From an uncultured Alphaproteobacteria bacterium (GTDB lineage Bacteria; Pseudomonadota; Alphaproteobacteria; HIMB59; GCA-002718135), in the NCBI GenBank assembly GCA_902575375.1, contig CACGRD010000001.1:20691-84690 (forward strand): a stretch of DNA of 64,000 bases, written 5' to 3'. How positions within the stretch are numbered: position 1 is the stretch's first letter; each line of letters opens with the position of its first letter. A program made the translations under genes and the position numbers. Of the stretch, positions 56,535 through 64,000 are shown in pieces. The notes beneath the pieces are model-generated. The model had not been told where the DNA came from. It was given only the letters and a program-made list of their open reading frames with translations, and made no database searches.

Positions 56535-58235
56535 CTATTTTTTTAATACTGAACCTAAAATATCACCTAAGGACGCTCCAGAACTACTTGATCCAAATTT
56601 GTTAAGAGCTTCTTTTTCATCTCTAATTTCTAGTTCTTTAATTGAAAGATTTATAGTTCTACTTTTAGTATCTATGGATAAAATTATTGAGTCAACTTTT
56701 TCATCGAGTGCAAATCGCTCAGTTTTATTTTCATTTTTATCATTAGATAAATTTGATTTTTTTATAAAACCAAATATTTGTTTTTCATTATCTAATTCAA
56801 TTTTTAGACCTTTTTCATCAATATTAATAATTTTACCAGTTATTTTTGATTTTATGGGATTTGCCTCAATAAAATCTTGAACGGGATCGTTATTTAAATG
56901 TTTGACCCCTAGGCTAATTCTTTCTTTATCTGCATTTATATCAAGTATTTTTACTTTTATTTTTTCACCTTTTTTTAAGTCTTTAATAATTTTTTCACAT
57001 TCTTTCTCTTCCCAGCTTAAGTCTGATATATGAACCATACCATCTATTTCATCTATAACTTTAACAAAAATTCCAAAGTCTACTATGTTTACTATTTCTG
57101 TTTCAAAAGTATCATTAATATTAAATTTATCTTTAAGTTTAGTCCATGGATTTTCTTTCATTTGTCTTAAACTACAATTTACTCTCTTTCTATCATTGTC
57201 GATGTCTAAAACTAAAACCTCTATTTGATCATTGATGTTAACAATTTTCGAAGGATGAGGAGGTTTTTTTAACCAACTAACTTCATTTAATGAAATAACT
57301 CCATCAAAATTATTATTAATAATCAAGTGCACATTATTATCATTCATACTAATCACTTTAGCTGAAACCTTATCATTTACTTTAATATTATCATTCACTT
57401 TATCCCATGGATTTTCAGTTAATTGTTTGATCCCAAGACTTAACCTTGATAGCTCTTCATCAAATTTCAAAACTTTTATTTTTATTGTAGAATTTAATTC
57501 TAGAATATCTGAGGGACTGTTAATTTTTGTCCATGATATATCTGTTACATGTACTAATCCATCAATACCTCCTAAATCTATAAAGGCACCATAGTCAGTT
57601 ATATTTTTTACCTTGCCTTCGATTATAGATCCTTCTTTTATATTTTTAAGAAGTTCAGATCTTTGCTCTTTTAATTCATTTTCAGTAATAGCTTTTCTTG
57701 AAACTACAATATTCCCTCTGTACTTGTCCATTTTAAGAATCATTAGTTCTAATGGCTTATTTAACAACTCTTTTGTATCTTTAATTATCTGCCTAGTTTC
57801 TATTTGACTACCAGGTAAAAAAGCAACTACACCATTTAAATCTACACTCATTCCACCTTTCACCCTATTAAAAGGGACGCCTGTTACGACTTTATTTTCA
57901 TTAAAACTATTTTGAAGATTATGCCAAGCCTGCTGTTTAACCGCTTTTTCTCTTGAAAGTAATGTTTCACCATTAGCATTGTCTACATTTTCAATAAAAA
58001 CTTCGGTTTCGTCTCCAACTTCAACTTCTATTTTTTGCCCTGGTCTTGAAAACTCACTTAGAGGTATTCGACCTTCACTTTTAAGTCCAACATCAATAGT
58101 AACAACTTCATTTTCTATTGAAATGACTTTACCTTTTGTAATACTTTTTTCTTTCGCAGAGGAATTTTTTAGTGAGTTATTAATAAGAGTGTCATACTCA
58201 GAATTAGAAATTTTGGTTTGAGGTTGTTGATTCAT
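56535..58235 (-). CDS. rpsA: 30S ribosomal protein S1
   Basis: DVGLKSEG, AFLPGSQ, VKNITDYGAFIDLGGIDGLVH; repeated S1 domains. Confidence 0.97.
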   Translation of the reverse strand: MNQQPQTKISNSEYDTLINNSLKNSSAKEKSITKGKVISIENEVVTIDVGLKSEGRIPLSEFSRPGQKIEVEVGDETEVFIENVDNANGETLLSREKAVKQQAWHNLQNSFNENKVVTGVPFNRVKGGMSVDLNGVVAFLPGSQIETRQIIKDTKELLNKPLELMILKMDKYRGNIVVSRKAITENELKEQRSELLKNIKEGSIIEGKVKNITDYGAFIDLGGIDGLVHVTDISWTKINSPSDILELNSTIKIKVLKFDEELSRLSLGIKQLTENPWDKVNDNIKVNDKVSAKVISMNDNNVHLIINNNFDGVISLNEVSWLKKPPHPSKIVNINDQIEVLVLDIDNDRKRVNCSLRQMKENPWTKLKDKFNINDTFETEIVNIVDFGIFVKVIDEIDGMVHISDLSWEEKECEKIIKDLKKGEKIKVKILDINADKERISLGVKHLNNDPVQDFIEANPIKSKITGKIINIDEKGLKIELDNEKQIFGFIKKSNLSNDKNENKTERFALDEKVDSIILSIDTKSRTINLSIKELEIRDEKEALNKFGSSSSGASLGDILGSVLKK

Positions 58236-58236
58236 A

Positions 58237-58872
58237 TTAAATTTTATCCAACAATACCTTTATTTGTTTAATTGTATCTGTGAAACTACCACTATTATCT
58301 ACCATGTGTGCACCCTTAGGTATTACTAGAGGTGAATGTTTTCTGAGTTTATCTTGTTTATCTCTCAATTTAATATCTTTCAAAATTTTTGGGTATATAG
58401 ACTTTTCACCACTATCAATCAACTGTTTATATCTCCTTTTAGCTCTAATTTCAGGATTTACGTCTATATATAGTTTTAAATCAGCGTTTTTGAAAACTAC
58501 AGATCCAATATCTCTACCATCAATAACAAAACCTTGTATTTTTTTATTTTTATTTACAAAATTATACTGGAGCTTATTCACATAGTTTCTTACACAATCG
58601 TGAACAGCTATTTTTGAAGCAAGTCTACTTATAACTTGTGTTCTTATATTTTTACTGTTTCTAAAAGAAATTTGATGAATATTTTTTAATTTATTTTTAA
58701 TTTTATTAACATTTTCAATATCTATTTTTTCAATAGAAAAAATTAATGCCAACCTCCTATACAAAATCCCTGAATCTAAATGATTTAATTTCCATTTTTT
58801 TGCTATGTATTTTGCAATTTTTTCCTTTCCAGAAGCCGCAGGACCATCAATAGTAATTATTAATTTTTTCAA
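58237..58872 (-). CDS. cmk: Cytidylate kinase
   Basis: IDGPAASGK, LDSGILYR, DGRDIG, RAKRR; TTG start. Confidence 0.95.
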   Translation of the reverse strand: MKKLIITIDGPAASGKEKIAKYIAKKWKLNHLDSGILYRRLALIFSIEKIDIENVNKIKNKLKNIHQISFRNSKNIRTQVISRLASKIAVHDCVRNYVNKLQYNFVNKNKKIQGFVIDGRDIGSVVFKNADLKLYIDVNPEIRAKRRYKQLIDSGEKSIYPKILKDIKLRDKQDKLRKHSPLVIPKGAHMVDNSGSFTDTIKQIKVLLDKI

Positions 58873-60167
58873 CGAAAATTACCACCGATATTATTAAATT
58901 CATTTTTAAAAGTAGGAAAACTTGTATTTATAGAATCTGAGTCTTTAATATTCAAAGGACCTAATCTTGTTCCCATTATACAAAATGCCATAGCTATACG
59001 ATGGTCAAAATCAGTTTGTATTAAATTATTTTTTATTTGATATTCTTTACTAGGAAAAATAAATAAGTCATCATTTTCAGATTTACAATTAACACCACAA
59101 TTTTGTAGGTTTAGTAAAATTAATTTTAGTCTATCACTTTCTTTAACTCTTAATTCTTTTAATCCACGAAATACACTTGGTGAATTAGCAAATGAAGCAG
59201 CTATTGATAGAATGGGATATTCATCTATCATTAAATCTGCAAATTCAGGACCTAACTCGCAACCATGTAAACCAGAACTTACAACTTCAATATCACAAAT
59301 ATTTTCATTATTATTTCTTCTGTTGTTGATCAATTTTATTTTAGCACCCATCTTTTTTAAAGCTAAAATTATTCCATTCCTAGACGGATTATTATTAATG
59401 TTTTTTACAATTATTTTTGAGTTTTTATTGATAAGCGCACATACAATAAAAAAAGCACTACTTGAAAGATCATTTGGTACATCAATATTATTAGCAACCA
59501 GTTCTTTTTGGCCAATGATTTTTATAACTTTTTTATTACCTATATTTTTCATTTCTATATTCGCACCAAATGATTCTAACATTATTTCTGTGTGATCTCT
59601 TGTTACTTTGTTTTCAATTATACTTGTTTCACCTTTTGTGTTTAAAGCAGCTAGCAACAAACCGGATTTAATTTGAGCGGAAGGAATTTTTAAATTAAAA
59701 TTTACAGGTTTTAAATTACTACTTTCAATAGAGAGTGGTAAAGATCCATTTGTTGTATAAATTTTAGCATTCATTTTGGTCAAAGGATCTGCAATTCTTT
59801 TCATAGGTCGACTGGATAATGATTTATCACCTGTTAAAACAGATTTAAACTTTTGAGAAGATAACAGCCCTGTTAGTAATCTAGCACTTGTTCCAGAATT
59901 TCCCAGATAGATTTCTTTCTTAGCTGCTCTTAATGAATTTAATCCTTTGCCATGGATTATTATTTTATTTTTATTTTCTGCAATATTTACCCCCATAGAT
60001 TTAAGTGCATTGAGTGTATGCAAAACATCTTCAGATTTTAAAATATTATTTATTTCACAAACACCATTTGATACGGAGGGTATTATTATAGATCTATGTG
60101 ATATAGATTTATCACCTGGTATTTTTGGCATACCATTAATGCCTTTTGTAATAATATTACTTATCAT
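58869..60167 (-). CDS. aroA: EPSP synthase (class II)
   Basis: PGDKSISHR, GNSGT, SAQIKS, RDHTE, RVKESDR, DHRIAM. Confidence 0.97.
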   Translation of the reverse strand: MISNIITKGINGMPKIPGDKSISHRSIIIPSVSNGVCEINNILKSEDVLHTLNALKSMGVNIAENKNKIIIHGKGLNSLRAAKKEIYLGNSGTSARLLTGLLSSQKFKSVLTGDKSLSSRPMKRIADPLTKMNAKIYTTNGSLPLSIESSNLKPVNFNLKIPSAQIKSGLLLAALNTKGETSIIENKVTRDHTEIMLESFGANIEMKNIGNKKVIKIIGQKELVANNIDVPNDLSSSAFFIVCALINKNSKIIVKNINNNPSRNGIILALKKMGAKIKLINNRRNNNENICDIEVVSSGLHGCELGPEFADLMIDEYPILSIAASFANSPSVFRGLKELRVKESDRLKLILLNLQNCGVNCKSENDDLFIFPSKEYQIKNNLIQTDFDHRIAMAFCIMGTRLGPLNIKDSDSINTSFPTFKNEFNNIGGNFR

Positions 60168-60168
60168 A

Positions 60169-60912
60169 CTAAAGCTGAAAATTTGAGCCTAAATAAAATT
60201 TTTTAATTTTTTCATCTTTAGCAGCTGATAGTGGGTCACCTTCATAAAATATTGCTCCTTCATTAACAATATAAACTTTATCCACAATTTTTAATGTTTC
60301 TCTAACATTGTGATCAGTAATTAATATTCCTATATTCCTTTGTTTTAATTTTTTTATTATTGTTTTAATCTCTTCTATTGAAACTGGATCAATCCCTGTT
60401 AAGGGTTCATCGAGAAGCAAATATTTTGGATTTGTAGCAAGTGTTCTTGCAATTTCGAGTCTACGCCTTTCTCCTCCAGATAACACAATCGATTTCGATT
60501 TTCTCACGTGATTTATATCGAACTCATTTAAAAGATTTTGTAATAATATGTTTTGTTTATTTTTATCTTTCTCCTGAATTTCAATTATTGATAAAAGGTT
60601 ATCTTCTACATTCATACCTCTAAAAATTGATGCCTCTTGAGGCAGATAGCTTATGCCTAGTTTGCCTCTTAAATAGATTGGTAAATTTGAAACATCTAAT
60701 TTGTCTAATATAATACTACCACTATCTGGCTTAACTAGACCAACTATTATGTAAAATGTTGTAGTTTTTCCAGCACCGTTTGGACCCAATAGTCCCACGA
60801 TTTCGTTTCTATTTATTGAAATACTTATATCTCTTACGATTTGTTTGTTACCATAGGTTTTTGAAATTTTCTTAATTGATAAACCATTATCTAAAATATT
60901 GAATTTACTCAT
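60169..60912 (-). CDS. lptB: LPS export ABC ATPase LptB
   Basis: GPNGAGKTT, YLPQEASIFR, LSGGERRRLEIAR, ITDHNVRETL. Confidence 0.97.
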   Translation of the reverse strand: MSKFNILDNGLSIKKISKTYGNKQIVRDISISINRNEIVGLLGPNGAGKTTTFYIIVGLVKPDSGSIILDKLDVSNLPIYLRGKLGISYLPQEASIFRGMNVEDNLLSIIEIQEKDKNKQNILLQNLLNEFDINHVRKSKSIVLSGGERRRLEIARTLATNPKYLLLDEPLTGIDPVSIEEIKTIIKKLKQRNIGILITDHNVRETLKIVDKVYIVNEGAIFYEGDPLSAAKDEKIKKFYLGSNFQL

Positions 60913-61666
60913 TATTTTGAATTATTACTTTCACCTTGTTTTGATTATTTGATTTAATTTTATATGAATTATTTCTTGTATCAAGAGTGCCATAGTCACC
61001 AGTTATTTTTTCTTCATCACGAATTATTATGACATCATCTATTAATTCAATAATTGAGGTATTATAGTCAAAATTAATTTTTTTAGCATACATTTCAGTA
61101 TCATTATTTTTGATATAAGAGATATTTTTATCAATTACTTCTAAATAAGTTATTTCTTTTTCATTATTATTTTCAGAGAATTTTCCATTAATTGTTTCTG
61201 CTTTAATAATTATATTTTCATTAACTAATTTAGAGTTTATACCTTTTAACAAAAAATCACCATTAAGATTATTAACTTCTATAAAACCATCTGAGAACAT
61301 TTTAACATCACTAGTTATTAATTGTGATTCTTCTCCCTCAACTTTTATTTTTTCAATTTTTACTTTAAAGTTTAAAAAATTACCATTTCCAATTATTTCA
61401 AATTCATTAGACTTAAAATCTACATTACCATTTGCATCAAGTTCTGTAATATCATACAAACTTTTATCAAAATTTATCTTTACTTCATCTGCACTCAATG
61501 TAAAATTATCGGAAATAATATTTACATTTTTTTTTAATAAATAAAACTTCTCATTTTGAAAGACCTCAATACCATCTTCTGTGGTAATTTCTGTTTCACC
61601 TATCTCTCTTGCATTTAATGTTATTGAAATCAGAAATATTATTATAATTTTTACAATTAATTTCAT
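60905..61666 (-). CDS. lptA: LptA/OstA-like periplasmic beta-jellyroll protein
   Basis: Signal peptide, beta-strand repeats, position between lptC and lptB. Confidence 0.7.
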   Translation of the reverse strand: MKLIVKIIIIFLISITLNAREIGETEITTEDGIEVFQNEKFYLLKKNVNIISDNFTLSADEVKINFDKSLYDITELDANGNVDFKSNEFEIIGNGNFLNFKVKIEKIKVEGEESQLITSDVKMFSDGFIEVNNLNGDFLLKGINSKLVNENIIIKAETINGKFSENNNEKEITYLEVIDKNISYIKNNDTEMYAKKINFDYNTSIIELIDDVIIIRDEEKITGDYGTLDTRNNSYKIKSNNQNKVKVIIQNNE

Positions 61667-62112
61667 TTTAATATTATATTTGAATTACCATAAAAAATTA
61701 TTATATTACCTTTATCATGTATATTGAAACCATCAGAACTAATTGTAGCATTTTTTGATTTAAACATTGACTTTGTTCTACTTTTTGCTGTTTGTTTATC
61801 TCTATTAAAAATTACTTTTTCAGTCTCAATACTAAAATCATTTGACTTAAATCTAACATTTTTATTTAATAATACTTCATCTTTATTTAAAAAGTTACCT
61901 TGAGAAGCAGTTATATAAATATTCTTTGACTCATTATTTATGGCAAATTTTGGTTCAGAAATATCTGCATTAGAAAAGTTATTTTTTGTGTTTTCTATAA
62001 TAATATTATTTAGATTTATTTGTTTGTAAAAAATAATCATCAGAAATAAAAAAATTAAAATCGCACCAAAAACAATTATAAATTTTTTATTTATGTGTAA
62101 AAAGAAATTCAA
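61663..62112 (-). CDS. lptC: LptC-like LPS export protein
   Basis: Single N-terminal TM plus beta-rich domain; kdsD-lptC-lptA-lptB synteny. Confidence 0.7.
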   Translation of the reverse strand: MNFFLHINKKFIIVFGAILIFLFLMIIFYKQINLNNIIIENTKNNFSNADISEPKFAINNESKNIYITASQGNFLNKDEVLLNKNVRFKSNDFSIETEKVIFNRDKQTAKSRTKSMFKSKNATISSDGFNIHDKGNIIIFYGNSNIILK

Positions 62113-62113
62113 A

Positions 62114-63076
62114 CTAGCTCGTCAATCTCAATAAATCATGAATATGGACAATTCCCAAAGGAATTTTTTTATCACAAATAAATAAACTTGTTATTTTCTT
62201 AGTATTCATTAAATTTATTGCTTCACCTACCAACATATTTTTATTTGCTAATGTTGGATTTTTTGTCATTATTTCAGAAGCACGTTTATTTAAAAATTCA
62301 GAATTCAAATTCCTTCTTAAGTCACCATCAGTAATTATACCCACTATCTGTTTCTTGTTATTAATAACACCAATACATCCAAAACTTTTTCTTGTCATAG
62401 TAATCAATGATTTGGACATCTTTTCATCTAATTTTGCCAAAGGTAATTTTTTTCCTAAATGCATAATATCGTTTAAGTTTTTTAAATCTTTGCCAAGATT
62501 ACCTCCAGGATGTAGACTTTTAAATTGTGTGCTTTTAAAACCTCTTAGTTCTAATAGAGAAATTGCTATACAATCACCGATGATCATAGACATTGATGTA
62601 GAGCTCGTAGGCGCCAAATTTAAGGGACAGGCTTCAATTGGTTTTTTATATAAAATACCTACGGTAGCATTTTTATGCAATATACTTTTTGGGTTACTTG
62701 TGATGCTTATGAGTTTAATATTAAACCTTTTAGTAAACTGAATTATATTATTTAACTCTAAAGTTTCGCCAGAATTAGAAATTGCAACTACACAATCATC
62801 TTTTTTTATACTTCCTAAATCACCATGACTCGCTTCAGTAGCATGAACAAAATATGAAGGTGTCCCGGTTGAAGTAAGAGTTGCAGATATTTTATTACCA
62901 ATGTGAGCACTTTTACCAACACCAGTAATGATAATTTTTCCTTTTGTATTATAAATAATATTAACTGCTTCACAAAAATTATTATTAAAAGTAGATTTTA
63001 AATTTCTAATGCTAATTAATTCTCTAGATAATGTTCTGTTAGCACTATTAATTATTTTTTTATTATTTTTTTTCAT
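62114..63076 (-). CDS. kdsD: Arabinose-5-phosphate isomerase (KpsF/GutQ)
   Basis: GVGKSAHIG, EASHGDLG, SNSGET, APTSST, HPGG, TDGDLRR, CBS pair. Confidence 0.95.
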   Translation of the reverse strand: MKKNNKKIINSANRTLSRELISIRNLKSTFNNNFCEAVNIIYNTKGKIIITGVGKSAHIGNKISATLTSTGTPSYFVHATEASHGDLGSIKKDDCVVAISNSGETLELNNIIQFTKRFNIKLISITSNPKSILHKNATVGILYKKPIEACPLNLAPTSSTSMSMIIGDCIAISLLELRGFKSTQFKSLHPGGNLGKDLKNLNDIMHLGKKLPLAKLDEKMSKSLITMTRKSFGCIGVINNKKQIVGIITDGDLRRNLNSEFLNKRASEIMTKNPTLANKNMLVGEAINLMNTKKITSLFICDKKIPLGIVHIHDLLRLTS

Positions 63077-63684
63077 TAGTGTTTAAAAATATCTTGCTCT
63101 GACCAACCATTAATATCTAAATCAGTTCTATATGGAATAAAATCAAAACAGGCCTTAGCCAATTTATTTCTTTTTTCTCTTAACAACATTGAATCAAGTT
63201 TATCTTTAATTTTATGTAAATATAAAACGTCGGTGGCAGCATATTTTTGCTGTTCCTTACTTAACTCACCACCCCAATCAGAAGATTGTTCTGTTTTTGA
63301 AATTGATTTTCCTAATAATTCACTACAAAGATCTTTGTATCCATGTTTATCAGTATACGTTCTAACTAATTTTGATGCAATTTTAGTACAGTAAATATTT
63401 TTAATATTAATTTTGAAGTTGTGTTTGAATACAGCTACATCAAACCTAGCATAATGAAAAATTTTTTGAATTTTATTATTCTTAAGAATTTTAATTAAAT
63501 TTAGAGGTTTTTCAGTAGATAAGTCAATTTTTACGAGATGACATACATCATCACCATTAGAAATTTGGACCAAACATAATTTATCTCTTTTAGGATTTAA
63601 TCCCATTGTTTCGCTATCCAATGCAATAATATTAGAAACTTTAAAACTTGCTGGAAGATCTCCTTTATAGAAATTTATTTTCAT
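63076..63684 (-). CDS. rnd: Short RNase D-type 3'-5' exonuclease
   Basis: ALDSETMGL, RDKLCLVQ, FHYARFD, CTKIASK, YAATDV. Confidence 0.9.
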   Translation of the reverse strand: MKINFYKGDLPASFKVSNIIALDSETMGLNPKRDKLCLVQISNGDDVCHLVKIDLSTEKPLNLIKILKNNKIQKIFHYARFDVAVFKHNFKINIKNIYCTKIASKLVRTYTDKHGYKDLCSELLGKSISKTEQSSDWGGELSKEQQKYAATDVLYLHKIKDKLDSMLLREKRNKLAKACFDFIPYRTDLDINGWSEQDIFKH

Positions 63685-63746
63685 TTTGATTTTATTACCT
63701 GTATAATTTATATTTTTTCTCTATATCACTTATTTAATTAAAGGTC

Positions 63747-64000
63747 ATGAAATCAATAGTAATTTTTGGAGGTGCTGGTTTTGTAGGTAAGCATTTAATA
63801 AGACGTCTAACTAAAAATGGCCATAAAATAATTGTTCCATATCAAAGATCTGTACAAGAAGCTAAAATCCGACTTTTAGGTGTAACAGGACAGGTAATTC
63901 CATTTCGTTATTCTTCATTAGAAGATAAAAGGCTTAAATCTGTTTTAAATAATGCGGATGTATGCATTAATTTGAAAACTACATACGATCAAAAAAAAGG
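63747..64000 (+). CDS. NDUFA9-like NAD(P)-dependent epimerase/SDR (3' truncated by window)
   Basis: Manual translation MKSIVIFGGAGFVGKHLIRRLTKNGHKIIVPYQR...GVTGQV...ADVCINL; divergent from rnd as in other alphaproteobacteria. Confidence 0.82.
   Translation, partial: MKSIVIFGGAGFVGKHLIRRLTKNGHKIIVPYQRSVQEAKIRLLGVTGQVIPFRYSSLEDKRLKSVLNNADVCINLKTTYDQKK

Noticed and set aside
60278-60286. Perfect DnaA box TTATCCACA
   Set aside because: Single copy inside the lptB coding sequence; expected by chance.

Overview
A very AT-rich, tightly packed stretch of core genome from a streamlined alphaproteobacterium. It resembles SAR11 or HIMB59/AEGEAN-169 marine lineages; this is inferred from gene content, composition and near-absent intergenic DNA. 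It holds about 60 housekeeping genes: trpS end, nfuA, tsaB-rimI-miaB-phoH-ybeY-corC-lnt-trmB, nusA-infB-rbfA-truB-rpsO-pnp, fabA-fabB-fabI, ubiE-coaBC, mutM, rpsT, dnaA-dnaN-recF-gyrB, regBA, a small glycosyltransferase/methyltransferase/O-antigen ligase patch, polA, nrdA-nrdB-grx, chvIG-ahcY-metK-tsaE-amgK-murU-trxA, and rnd-kdsD-lptCAB-aroA-cmk-rpsA-ihfB-pyrF-trpFBA-accD-folC. No rRNA, tRNA, CRISPR array or mobile element was recognised. The most unusual region is 39.1-43.4 kb. It contains an unannotated 42-aa ArfA-like ORF facing a ribonucleotide reductase operon. NrdA has two ATP cones on a eukaryote-like body. NrdB has Glu instead of the canonical first Asp metal ligand but keeps the radical Tyr. 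The glutaredoxin ends in a near copy of the NrdB C-terminal docking tail (TFDEEF vs SFDEAF). The operon promoter carries an NrdR box and an alphaproteobacterial LexA box. Other notable items are a zinc-less Fpg, a rimP-leader-like terminator kept although rimP is absent, back-to-back divergent start codons, candidate leaderless promoters, and clean gaps in conserved operons (addAB, PTS-Ntr/rpoN, ubiB, dut). All homology calls come from motif recognition and remembered sequences, not database searches.
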